DNA of 64,000 bases from Acidimicrobiia bacterium (GTDB lineage: Bacteria > Actinomycetota > Acidimicrobiia > IMCC26256 > PALSA-610), in assembly GCA_038240075.1 (NCBI GenBank), contig JBBSEC010000006.1:70-64069 (forward strand), given 5' to 3'. Each line of letters starts with the position of its first letter. Position 1 is the first letter of the stretch. Below, one piece after another: positions 33,736 to 42,172 of this stretch. The notes beneath the pieces are model-generated. The model was not told the DNA's origin. It did no database searches and saw only the letters and a list, made by a program, of their open reading frames with translations. Made by a program: the position numbers and the translations under genes.

Positions 33736-35139
33736 GTTGAGGAGCTCGTCGAACGACTCGGAGAGGCACGTCATCAACAGCGGGACGTCGGTGACGGCGG
33801 CGGGATCGATGTTGAGACCCATGTTGAGCTCGTCGCAGTACGAGAGCAGCGTGACGTTGAGCGCGCACCCCGTGCGCGGACCGATCGGGTAGTTGGCGAC
33901 GATGCGCGAGCCCGCGAGATAGAGCGGAACCGGGCTCCCGCGCAGGTTCGACGTTGCGAAGTCAATCGTGCGGGTCTGCGAATGCGTCGCGGCAACGAGC
34001 ATCGACGTGGGGAGCCCCGACGCGAACCCGGCGAGCAGCTCGGCGGCGGCGAGCGCGGGCTCCGATCGGGTGTCGCGCATCCGCTCCGCCGTCGTCGCGA
34101 AGCGCTCGCGGACATCGTGCGGGTCGGTCGGCACGAGCAGGCGGGTCGGCACGAAGCGGTTCGCGGCGCGCTCACCCCGTTCGCGCGTGCTGACCGGCAT
34201 CGCCATCCGCAGCTCGTCGGCACTGCCACCCGACTTCTCCGCGTAGCGCCCGAGCGCACCGGCCACCCCGGTGACGAACACGTCGTTGAGCGAGCCGCCG
34301 AGGCGCTTGGCCGCGTCGCGCGCCGCGGGCAGGGCGACGGTGAACACCTCGAGGTGCCTGCGCAGCGACCGGCCGGTGAGCACGGTCGATCGTGCCGAGT
34401 CGGTGACGAGCACTTGACGGCGGAGCGATCCCACGAGCCGCAGTGCGCCCAGCGCGTTGCCCGGCGCTTCTCCCGGATGGGTGACCGCGTGACCCGCCGT
34501 CGCCGCGATGGTGCGCGTGGTGGAGAGATGACGACCGACCGCGTCGCCGACGGCATCACGCAGCACGCCGATCGGTGACTGGCGCGCAACCTCGACGTCG
34601 GCATCCGCATCGTCGGCGGGATCGTCGTTGGGGCCGGCGCCCCCATCGATCGTCGCCGCCGGTTCGGGATCGGGCTCGAAGTCGACGAGCGCGAGCGACA
34701 GCTTCAACCCGCCGACCCCGTCGGTGATCGTGTGGTGCATCTTCTGGAGCATCGCGGTGCGGCCGCCCGCGAGGCCGTCGATCACCGTGAACTCCCACAA
34801 CGGGCGGGAACGATCAAAGGGTGCCTCGGCCAGCGCCGCGCACAGATCGAGCAGCTCCCGCATGCCCCCTGGTTTGGGCGCCGCGATCCGGCGGACGTGG
34901 TACTCGATGTCGAGATCGGGGTCGTCGACCCAGACCGGCGGCACCATGCGCAGGGGAGCCGATACCACCCGCTGGCCGAGGCGGGGGATGCCGAGCAGCG
35001 CGTCGCCGATCTTCTCGCGGATGCGGTCGGGATCGGGTGCCGAATCGAGGACCGTGAGGTTGCAGAAGTCGGAGCGGAGCGCGGGGTCCTTCTCGACCGC
35101 CCACATGATCGCTTCGGAATCCGACATCCGTGTGCTCAT
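33727..35139 (-). CDS. Wax ester synthase/diacylglycerol acyltransferase (WS/DGAT)
   Basis: Active-site HHxxxDG (KMHHTITDGVGG) and N-terminal MWAVEKDP. 470 aa from ATG 35139. Confidence 0.9.
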   Translation of the reverse strand: MSTRMSDSEAIMWAVEKDPALRSDFCNLTVLDSAPDPDRIREKIGDALLGIPRLGQRVVSAPLRMVPPVWVDDPDLDIEYHVRRIAAPKPGGMRELLDLCAALAEAPFDRSRPLWEFTVIDGLAGGRTAMLQKMHHTITDGVGGLKLSLALVDFEPDPEPAATIDGGAGPNDDPADDADADVEVARQSPIGVLRDAVGDAVGRHLSTTRTIAATAGHAVTHPGEAPGNALGALRLVGSLRRQVLVTDSARSTVLTGRSLRRHLEVFTVALPAARDAAKRLGGSLNDVFVTGVAGALGRYAEKSGGSADELRMAMPVSTRERGERAANRFVPTRLLVPTDPHDVRERFATTAERMRDTRSEPALAAAELLAGFASGLPTSMLVAATHSQTRTIDFATSNLRGSPVPLYLAGSRIVANYPIGPRTGCALNVTLLSYCDELNMGLNIDPAAVTDVPLLMTCLSESFDELLNVR

Positions 35140-35171
35140 CGCTGCGCCCCCCCCGTCGTCGGCTCCCGGAT

Positions 35172-35765
35172 CTAGCGCGCCACGCGTGTCCGCTTGAACT
35201 CGTTGAAGCGCGACCACGGCAGGAGCTCGACGGCCCGGGCGAGGTCGTCGGTGTTCCCCCGATCCATGAACCGGATGAACGTGGCCTCGTCGTCCTCGCA
35301 GAAGGTCGGCACGCCGAAGACGCCCCAACGGTCGAGCGACTCCGTGTGCTCGACCGCGAGCGACTTCAACGGACGTCCGCTCGCGACCTCGGCCGCGACG
35401 GCGTCGGCGTCGACTCCCACTCCGGCGGCGGCGGCGCGCAACACGGCCTCGTCCTTGAGCTGCAGGCCCTGGTCGTGCCGGGCCGCGAAGAGCGCGACGT
35501 GCGCGTCGAGGAACTGGTCGGGGAACTGGTCGCGGATGGCGATGCCCCATTCGAGCGCCAGCACCCCTCCGCCGCGCTCACCTTCCGGGCGCTCCCACAC
35601 CGGCGGTGTGCCCTCTTCGACGTGGACCTGGTCGAGGGAGAAGGCCTGGAAGCGGTAGTCGATGTCGACACCTGCTTTGACGGCGGCGACGACGGCCTCG
35701 TGCGCGTTGCGGGCGAACGGGCAGCGGTAGTCGAACGTGACGGCGATCTGGCGGCTCACGGGCAC
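35172..35765 (-). CDS. DsbA-like thioredoxin-fold protein
   Basis: N-terminal FDYRCPFARN (single-Cys DsbA/HCCA-isomerase-like motif) and C-terminal FGVPTF. AGGAGG SD before GTG 35765. Confidence 0.75.
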   Translation of the reverse strand: MPVSRQIAVTFDYRCPFARNAHEAVVAAVKAGVDIDYRFQAFSLDQVHVEEGTPPVWERPEGERGGGVLALEWGIAIRDQFPDQFLDAHVALFAARHDQGLQLKDEAVLRAAAAGVGVDADAVAAEVASGRPLKSLAVEHTESLDRWGVFGVPTFCEDDEATFIRFMDRGNTDDLARAVELLPWSRFNEFKRTRVAR

Positions 35766-35831
35766 GCCTCCTGGGGGATTGCGGCGGTCAGCCTGGTGTC
35801 GGTGGGGATGAGCTACGCCGAGTCTTCCACG

Positions 35832-36377
35832 TCAGCGCGGGCGCAGAATCCGGCGCAGACCGGCGCCGAGCGCGAGCCCGATCGCCGCGCCGGCCACCGC
35901 GTCGGAGGCATGGTGCATGCGGACGTAGACGCGGCTGAACGCCACCGCGCCGGCCAACCCGAACCAGAGGGGCGCGAGCGCGCGATCGTCGTCGGAGAGG
36001 AACACCGCCGCGGTGAACGCGGCCGTCGCGTGGCCCGACGGGAACGAGCTCGTGATCGGGACGCGCATGCCGTAGGGGAGCGGTGCCTCGGACTCGGGGC
36101 GCTCGGGCCGCACCCGACCAATGGCGGACTTGATCACGACGTTGGTGACGAACGATTCGATTCCGAGCGCGGTCGACATGCGGCGGGCTTCGTCGCGGCG
36201 GCCGCTCGCGACGCCGCGCAGCCAGGCCAGCGAGTGCCAGATCTTGCTGTGGTCGCCTGCGGCCGACAACGCGTAGAAGATCTGGTCGAGCTCGGGGCCG
36301 CGGATCCCGTCGACCGCATCTTCGACGGCGGCGTCGAAGCGCGCGACGAGATCGGCGCGCGCCGGCGCGCCCGGCAT
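35832..36377 (-). CDS. PAP2-family phosphatase
   Basis: PAP2 motifs RVRPE..., SFPSGHAT, SRVYVRMHHASD. Its start shares one base with the upstream nuclease stop (TGATG). Confidence 0.85.
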   Translation of the reverse strand: MPGAPARADLVARFDAAVEDAVDGIRGPELDQIFYALSAAGDHSKIWHSLAWLRGVASGRRDEARRMSTALGIESFVTNVVIKSAIGRVRPERPESEAPLPYGMRVPITSSFPSGHATAAFTAAVFLSDDDRALAPLWFGLAGAVAFSRVYVRMHHASDAVAGAAIGLALGAGLRRILRPR

Positions 36378-37222
36378 CAGACGGCGAGTGGCAGCGGTGG
36401 CCGCCCGGCTGCGGTCGCCGCGCGCTCCTTCATCACGACCGCCGCCTGTTCCGGATCACCACCGAACGCGGGACAGAACTCGCGGAAGCTGCAGAAGTTG
36501 CAGAGCGCGCTCTCCTTCGGCCGGAAGTCGTCGCGCGAGCAGGCCCGGCGCACGGCTTCCATCACGGCACCCGATCGCTGGTTGACGCCCCGCATGAAGA
36601 CGTCGGACGGCTCGGCGATGATCGCTTCGGGCTTGGAGAGATACAGGAGCTGCACGCGCGACGGCCGCCGGCCGAAGACCTGCTCGCAGAGCACCGAGTA
36701 GACGTGCACGCCGGCGAGGCTCTTCATCTCCCATCGCTCGGACGGGGTGTTGCCGGTCTTGTAGTCGGTGATCACCAGCTCGCCGTCGTCGTCGAGCTCG
36801 AGCCGGTCGATGATGCCGCGCAGGGTCACCTTGTCGAGCGTGGCCGTGAGCTTCAGCTCGACGCCGATCGTGCGGACCTTCGTGGGGTCCTCGAGCTCGA
36901 AGTAGCGGCGGACGAGCACCTCGGCATCGGCACGGAACTGCTCGAGCTGCTCGGGCGTGAGCTCGAGCCCGGTGAACTCGGAGTCGGTTTCGAGCTCCTT
37001 CGACGCCCGGTGCAGGTCGGAGAGGGCGGCGTCGATCGTGCGCTCGTCGGCCGGGCGCCACATGAGGTGTTGCAGCGCGAGGTGGACGAGCGTGCCCTTG
37101 CTGGCCGGCGCCGACGGTGGTTCGGGCAGCCGCTGCACGTAGGAGAACCGGAACGCGAGCGGGCAGCTCGTGAAGCACCCCATGGAGCTCGGTGACAGTG
37201 TCTGGGGGATCGGCAAGCCCAT
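36377..37222 (-). CDS. PD-(D/E)XK (RecB/Cas4-like) nuclease with C-terminal Cys cluster
   Basis: N-terminal SPSSMGCFTSCPLAFRF, nuclease core IIDRLE...VITDYKTG, and C-terminal CNFCSFREFC. ATG 37222 chosen inside the 491-aa ORF. Confidence 0.85.
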   Translation of the reverse strand: MGLPIPQTLSPSSMGCFTSCPLAFRFSYVQRLPEPPSAPASKGTLVHLALQHLMWRPADERTIDAALSDLHRASKELETDSEFTGLELTPEQLEQFRADAEVLVRRYFELEDPTKVRTIGVELKLTATLDKVTLRGIIDRLELDDDGELVITDYKTGNTPSERWEMKSLAGVHVYSVLCEQVFGRRPSRVQLLYLSKPEAIIAEPSDVFMRGVNQRSGAVMEAVRRACSRDDFRPKESALCNFCSFREFCPAFGGDPEQAAVVMKERAATAAGRPPLPLAV

Positions 37223-37228
37223 ATGCGG

Positions 37229-37234
37229 ACGATA
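37229..37234 (-). promoter_or_regulatory. Putative -10 hexamer for leaderless nuclease gene
   Basis: TATCGT (minus strand) ends 6 nt before ATG 37222. Confidence 0.35.
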
Positions 37235-37271
37235 CAGCGACCCTGTGACAGCGATGTGCATCACCCGTCGG

Positions 37272-37277
37272 TACGAT
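37272..37277 (+). promoter_or_regulatory. Putative -10 hexamer for leaderless YbjQ-family gene
   Basis: TACGAT ends 6 nt before ATG 37284. Confidence 0.35.
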
Positions 37278-37283
37278 TTCGCC

Positions 37284-37664
37284 ATGGCTGACGACCCCGA
37301 CATCGGGTACTTCGGCGGCGGCGCGGTCCACGCCGCCGTGATTCCGACCACCACCGCCTTCGAGGTCCCGGGATCGACGGTCACGAAGTCGCTCGGAACC
37401 TGCTTCGGGCTCGTCGTGCGCAGCATGGGCATGGCGAAGGGGATCACCGCCGGGTTCCGGTCGATGGTCGGCGGCGAGGTGAAGCAGTACACGGAGCTGC
37501 TCGAGGACAGCCGCCGCCACGCCATGGACCGCATGGTCGAGAACGCGATGCTGATGGGCGCCAACGCGGTGATCGGCGTCCGGTTCGACTCGTCGGAGAT
37601 CGGCCAGACGATGACCGAGATCGTCGCGTACGGCACGGCCGTCGTGATCCAGGCCGGGTCGTAG
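37284..37664 (+). CDS. YbjQ/UPF0145-family protein
   Basis: Family blocks GEVKQYTELL, AMDRMVENA..GANAVIGVRFD, VAYGTAV. Confidence 0.85.
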   Translation: MADDPDIGYFGGGAVHAAVIPTTTAFEVPGSTVTKSLGTCFGLVVRSMGMAKGITAGFRSMVGGEVKQYTELLEDSRRHAMDRMVENAMLMGANAVIGVRFDSSEIGQTMTEIVAYGTAVVIQAGS

Positions 37665-37666
37665 TC

Positions 37667-37867
37667 GTGGGCGTCTTCTGGCTGCTCATCGTCACGGCGC
37701 TGGTGGTGGTCCTCGTCGTCAGCATGTTCGTCAAGCGTCACGGTGAAGCTCCGACCGCGCATCCCGAGTGGTCGTCCACGGACGAGCGCTTCCGAGATCC
37801 GTCGACGGGCCGGCTGATGCGGGTGTGGCTCGACTCGAGCGGTGCCCGGCACTACGTGCCCGACTGA
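37667..37867 (+). CDS. Small single-pass membrane protein (66 aa), hypothetical
   Basis: GTG 37667 lies 2 nt after the YbjQ stop. N-terminal TM helix FWLLIVTALVVVLVVSMFV. No homology recognised. Confidence 0.4.
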   Translation: MGVFWLLIVTALVVVLVVSMFVKRHGEAPTAHPEWSSTDERFRDPSTGRLMRVWLDSSGARHYVPD

Positions 37868-37907
37868 GCGGACTGACTCGGGAGGCCGAACCGGGACCGG
37901 TTCCCCG

Positions 37908-37955
37908 TTTGTTCGGCCGTGAGTACTCCTCAGGGGGACTGAAGGCCGAACAAAA
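37908..37955. repeat. Intergenic hairpin element, copy B
   Basis: 11-bp arms TTTGTTCGGCC/GGCCGAACAAA around an interior containing AGGGGGACT. It sits between convergent genes and is preceded by the palindrome GAACCGG-GA-CCGGTTC (37888-37903). Confidence 0.7.
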
Positions 37956-37994
37956 GCACGGATCCGATCGCTCGGCTCCGCCGACGCGGTGCAC

Positions 37995-39983
37995 CTACAG
38001 GCGTCGCGAGACGCGCAGCAGGTACTCCTTGCGGTTCAGGGGGTTGAGGTCGGTGCGCGGTCGGGACGGGACAACGCCTCGGACCGGTTGGTAACACCCG
38101 AAGACGCATTCGAGGACACCTTCGCCGCGTGTCAACACCGGCAGCCGTTGCTGCAGATCGGCAACGCGTGCCGCCGGAATCTCGCCCTCCACCGTGCACG
38201 ACGAGCCGTGCATCGTCGGCGTGTCCGGAACCGCGTCGAGCTGCGAGAGCGCGGGCAGCATCGGGCCGAGCACGTCGGACGGGAACTCCAGATGGAAGCG
38301 GTGGATCGGCTCGTAGACCAGGGTGCCGGCCTGCCTCAACGCGCTCATCAGGACGAGCGGGGTCAGATTGCGGAAGTCGCCGGCAGTGCTCGACATGCTC
38401 TTGTCGAACGTTGCGTGGGCATGACTCTGCCGCGGCCAGTATCCCGTGTGCGTCATCGTGACGGTGATGTCGGCGACCTCCCAGCCGTAGATGCCTTGGT
38501 GCAACGCCGCGTGCACCGTCTCCTCCACTGCGTTGAAGAACGCGAACGGCATCGTGCCGAGCACGTCGGTTGCGAGCCGGAACGTGACGCCCGCGTCGAC
38601 AGCGGCGGGCTCGACCCGCAGCCCGACCGTGGCGAGGAAGGGGTTCGGTGGCTTCGCGATCACCTCGACGGCCGCTCCGATGTCGACGGGACGTTCGATG
38701 CAGATCGTCGTCGTCTCACGGAACTCGACGTCGACGTTGAAGTCGTCGGCCAGGGTCTCCTGAATGACCTCTTTCTGCACCTCGCCGTAGAGGGAGACGT
38801 AGATCTCCTGGCGCACATCGTCCTGCCGCACGTTGATCAGCGGGTCCTGCTCCGCGAGTTGCGCCAGCGCGACGCGGAGGGCTCCCTTGTCTTCGGAGCG
38901 GCGCGCGATGACGACGGTCTCGAGTGACGGCGGGGCGAAGTGGCCGCGGTCGGAGGTCGTCGGCGCGACCCCGAGCGCGTCGCCGATCTGGAAGTCGCCG
39001 AGTCCCCACAGCTTCCCGATCTGCCCCGCGACGAGGCGCTCGCGTTGCACCACCGAGCCGTGATCGAACACCTTGATCGTGGTGACCTTGCGCCCGACGT
39101 CGCCTCGGAGCCGCAACCGGTCGCGTGTATGGACGGTTCCGGAGAACATGCGGACGTACGCGATCTTCTCGCCGGCCGCACCGCGTTCGACCTTGAACAC
39201 GGTGCCCGAGACCGGGCCGTCGGCGGCGCCGTCGATCGCCGGCAACAGCTCCGTGATGCCGGCCATCAGCGCGTCGGTGCCCGCGCCCGTGATCGCCGAC
39301 CCGAAGAACACGGGATGCACACGGGCCCGCTTCGTCTGCGCGGCCAGTGCGACGCGGAGTTGCGCGTACGACACCGTGCGCTCGTCGTCGACGTAGGCCT
39401 TCAGCAGCGCATCGTCGTGGCTCGCGAGCAGGTCAGCGAGCGCTGATCGGAAGCCGGCGTCGCCGCTGTCGTTCGGCGTGACGTCGGAGCTACGCGTGCC
39501 GACGTCACGCGTTGATTCCATCGCGATGATCTCCGGTGTCAGCTTGTCGGAGATCGCGTGGACGACTCGATCCGGGTCCGCGCCGGCGCGGTCGAGCTTG
39601 TTCACGAACAACAGTGTCGGAATGTGCAGGCGTTGCAATGTGCGCATCAGCACGCGTGTCTGCGCCTGCACGCCTTCGACGGCCGAGATGACGAGCACCG
39701 CGCCGTCGAGCACACTCAACACCCGTTCGACTTCGGCGATGAAGTCGGGGTGGCCGGGTGTGTCGATCAGGTTGACCGCGACGTCGTCGACGACGAACGA
39801 CACGACCGCCGACTTGATCGTGATGCCGCGCGCGCGTTCGAGCGCCAACGAGTCGGTCTGCGTGTTGCCGTCGTCGACGCGACCGATCTCGTCGATGACG
39901 CCGGCGGCGAAGAGCAGCCGCTCGGTCAGGCTGGTCTTACCGGCGTCGACATGCGCCAAAATCCCGAGGTTCAATGTTCGCAT
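37995..39983 (-). CDS. Tet(M)/OtrA-like ribosomal protection GTPase (EF-G-like translation factor GTPase)
   Basis: N-terminus MRTLNLGILAHVDAGKTSLTERLL, DTPGHPDF and NKLD G-motifs, EF-G-like domains II-V. 662 aa from ATG 39983. Confidence 0.85.
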   Translation of the reverse strand: MRTLNLGILAHVDAGKTSLTERLLFAAGVIDEIGRVDDGNTQTDSLALERARGITIKSAVVSFVVDDVAVNLIDTPGHPDFIAEVERVLSVLDGAVLVISAVEGVQAQTRVLMRTLQRLHIPTLLFVNKLDRAGADPDRVVHAISDKLTPEIIAMESTRDVGTRSSDVTPNDSGDAGFRSALADLLASHDDALLKAYVDDERTVSYAQLRVALAAQTKRARVHPVFFGSAITGAGTDALMAGITELLPAIDGAADGPVSGTVFKVERGAAGEKIAYVRMFSGTVHTRDRLRLRGDVGRKVTTIKVFDHGSVVQRERLVAGQIGKLWGLGDFQIGDALGVAPTTSDRGHFAPPSLETVVIARRSEDKGALRVALAQLAEQDPLINVRQDDVRQEIYVSLYGEVQKEVIQETLADDFNVDVEFRETTTICIERPVDIGAAVEVIAKPPNPFLATVGLRVEPAAVDAGVTFRLATDVLGTMPFAFFNAVEETVHAALHQGIYGWEVADITVTMTHTGYWPRQSHAHATFDKSMSSTAGDFRNLTPLVLMSALRQAGTLVYEPIHRFHLEFPSDVLGPMLPALSQLDAVPDTPTMHGSSCTVEGEIPAARVADLQQRLPVLTRGEGVLECVFGCYQPVRGVVPSRPRTDLNPLNRKEYLLRVSRRL

Positions 39984-40047
39984 CGAGCGTCCTGTCGTCC
40001 AGATGGTTGGCAACTGCCTCATGGATTGACATGAACGCTCGGCGCAT
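39937..40047 (-). other. Candidate leader uORF (36 codons) overlapping the ribosomal-protection gene start
   Basis: ATG 40047 is preceded by GGGAGACGGAG. It reads MRRAFMSIHEAVANHLDDRTLDANIEPRDFGACRRR and ends 47 nt inside the main ORF in another frame. No conservation evidence. Confidence 0.2.
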
Positions 40048-40124
40048 CTCCGTCTCCCTGGTCGATCGGCGGTAACCGGGGGAGTGCAGCAGACCGACCT
40101 GCGCCGGGCAACCGATTTGTCCCT

Positions 40125-40136
40125 GGTGCCGGCACC
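40125..40136. promoter_or_regulatory. Perfect 12-bp palindrome GGTGCCGGCACC, candidate operator
   Basis: Self-complementary 12-mer in the divergent spacer, 6 nt upstream of TATAAT. Confidence 0.3.
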
Positions 40137-40142
40137 CTGTTC

Positions 40143-40148
40143 TATAAT
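40143..40148 (+). promoter_or_regulatory. Consensus TATAAT -10-like hexamer facing the GrpB-family gene
   Basis: TATAAT on the + strand, ~75 nt upstream of GTG 40223. TTGTCC lies 20 nt further upstream, which is a poor spacing. Confidence 0.3.
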
Positions 40149-40157
40149 CAAGGACCG

Positions 40158-40187
40158 AAAAACGGCCCCGCGGGCGAGCGGAGGGGC
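40158..40187 (-). terminator. Terminator/attenuator-like GC hairpin followed by T5 (minus strand) in the leader of the ribosomal-protection gene
   Basis: Minus strand reads GCCCC-N13-GGGGC-CG-TTTTT. No upstream minus-strand gene exists for it to terminate. Confidence 0.2.
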
Positions 40188-40222
40188 ATGATGCGCGCCG
40201 TGGTGCCGGGTGGGAAGTCGTC

Positions 40223-41077
40223 GTGGTGACCGAGCTCGACATCGCCGTCACGTCGAGGTCGGCCGATGATGCGACCGCGGTTGCGGAGCAGTGGCGTGGG
40301 CTCACGCACGACGACGTGCGCGTCGCCGTCGTCGCGTGGCCGCCCGATCTCCCGACGTCGGCCCGCTATGAGCTCGTCGTCGGTATCGACGGCGAGCCGG
40401 CTGCGCGAGACGATCACGAATCAATCGATGTCTGGACCGACGTCGCCGGCGCGTCCGCCCTGTGGGACGAACGAATTGGGCCGTTCCGCGACAACCTTGC
40501 CGCCAACCGACGCGCGCCGCGCCGACGAGTTGCCGAGCTCGTGGCACCGCGTCCGATGTGGTCCGCGCGAGCGCGCCTGCTGACCGCGCGGCTCGACCGC
40601 GTGCTCGGCTCCGTTGCGCTGCGCATCGACCACATCGGATCGACGTCGGTTCCGGGACTTCCTGCGAAGGACCTGATCGACATTCAGGTCGTCGTTCCCG
40701 ACCTCGATGTCGCGGACGCCGCGAGCGCGCGTGCCCGCGACGCCGGTTTCGTCAGGGTTCCCGGACGCTGGACCGGACCCGACAGGAACGGGACGCAGTA
40801 CGACGAGATCGATCTCGTCGACGCCGATCCGGGCCGACCGGTCAACGTCAACCTGCGACCCGTCGGTGACCCCGTCTGGCGCGAGACGCTGCTGTTCCGA
40901 GACTGGCTGCGCGCCGATACGGCGAACCGCGACGGGTACCTCGCGTTCAAGCAGCACCTCGTCGAGACGACGAGCGACGTGGATCAATACAGTGCGGAAA
41001 AGCAATCGTGGGTTGGCGACGCGCTCGGCGCCGCCGCGCGTTGGGCAGACGGCGGCGGCTGGGAGCCAGGCCCGTGA
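40223..41077 (+). CDS. GrpB-family (nucleotidyltransferase-fold) protein with ~95-aa N-terminal extension
   Basis: GrpB core RIDHIGSTSVPGLPAKDLIDIQVVV and RDWLRADTANRDGYLAFK. Start at GTG 40223 is uncertain. Confidence 0.75.
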   Translation: MVTELDIAVTSRSADDATAVAEQWRGLTHDDVRVAVVAWPPDLPTSARYELVVGIDGEPAARDDHESIDVWTDVAGASALWDERIGPFRDNLAANRRAPRRRVAELVAPRPMWSARARLLTARLDRVLGSVALRIDHIGSTSVPGLPAKDLIDIQVVVPDLDVADAASARARDAGFVRVPGRWTGPDRNGTQYDEIDLVDADPGRPVNVNLRPVGDPVWRETLLFRDWLRADTANRDGYLAFKQHLVETTSDVDQYSAEKQSWVGDALGAAARWADGGGWEPGP

Positions 41078-41158
41078 GGCCGTCACCGCCGGGGAGCGGT
41101 GGCGCGTGGCTCGATAACCTGCGACCTGCCCGACGGGGGGCTCGACGAGGGGGAAGCT

Positions 41159-42172
41159 GTGCGTGTCGACGGAGGCATTGGCGGAAGCTCGATCGCGGAG
41201 TTGGCGAAATCGGCGCGTGAGCTCGAGGAGCTGGGATACGACGGGATCATCACGGCGGAGACCGCGCACGACCCGTTTCTCCAGCTCGTCATCGCGGCCG
41301 AGCACACCGAGCGGGTCGAGCTCGGGACGAGCATCGCGGTCGCGTTCGCGCGCAACCCGATGACGTTGGCCAACCTCGGCCACGATCTCCAGACCTATTC
41401 GGGTGGCCGCACGATCGTCGGCCTCGGTTCGCAGATCAAGCCCCACATCGAGAAGCGCTTCTCGATGGAGTGGTCGCATCCCGCGCCGCGTATGCGGGAA
41501 ATGATTCTCGCGATGCGTGCGATCTGGGCGTGCTGGAACGACGGCGCCGCGCTCGACTTCCGCGGCGAGTTCTATCGCCACACGCTGATGACGCCGTTCT
41601 TCAATCCCGGTCCGACCGGGTACGGCCCGCCGAAGGTCTTCCTCGCGGCCGTCGGCGAGCACATGACGGAAGTCGCGGGCGAGGTCGCCGACGGCATCCT
41701 GATCCACGGCTTCACGACCGAGCGTTACGTGCGCGAGGTGACCTTGCCTGCGGTCGAACGGGGTCTCGCGAAGGCCGGACGTTCACGTGAGGGCTTCGAG
41801 GTGTCGGGTCCGCTGTTCGTCGTGACCGGCACCACCGACGCGGAGATCGAGAAGGCGAAGGCCGGCACGCGTCAACAGATCGCGTTCTACGGATCCACTC
41901 CGAACTACCGCCCGGTGCTGGATCTCCACGGCTGGGGCGAGCTGCAGCCCGAGCTGAACGCGCTGTCGAAGCAGGGCAAGTGGGTCGAGATGGGCGAGCT
42001 CATCGACGACGAGATGTTGTCGACGTTCGCCGTGGTCGCGGAACCGAAAGACGTCGCGAGGGAGCTCTCGCAGCGGTACGGCGGCGTCGTCGACCGGCTG
42101 TCGTTCTACGCGCCCTACCGCAACGACCCCGCGCAGTGGCGGTCGGTGATCGCCGACCTCAAGTCGGCGTAG
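41159..42172 (+). CDS. LLM-class F420-dependent oxidoreductase
   Basis: Luciferase-like TIM barrel: GYDGIITAET.HDPF, LGTSIAVAFARNP, VGLGSQIKPHIEKRF. GTG 41159 has a GGGGGAAG SD. Confidence 0.85.
   Translation: MRVDGGIGGSSIAELAKSARELEELGYDGIITAETAHDPFLQLVIAAEHTERVELGTSIAVAFARNPMTLANLGHDLQTYSGGRTIVGLGSQIKPHIEKRFSMEWSHPAPRMREMILAMRAIWACWNDGAALDFRGEFYRHTLMTPFFNPGPTGYGPPKVFLAAVGEHMTEVAGEVADGILIHGFTTERYVREVTLPAVERGLAKAGRSREGFEVSGPLFVVTGTTDAEIEKAKAGTRQQIAFYGSTPNYRPVLDLHGWGELQPELNALSKQGKWVEMGELIDDEMLSTFAVVAEPKDVARELSQRYGGVVDRLSFYAPYRNDPAQWRSVIADLKSA

Noticed and set aside
37223-37852. Upstream extension of the nuclease ORF (491 aa total).
   Set aside because: It is antisense to the well-supported YbjQ-family gene. 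The nuclease homology starts at ATG 37222, which has its own -10-like hexamer.
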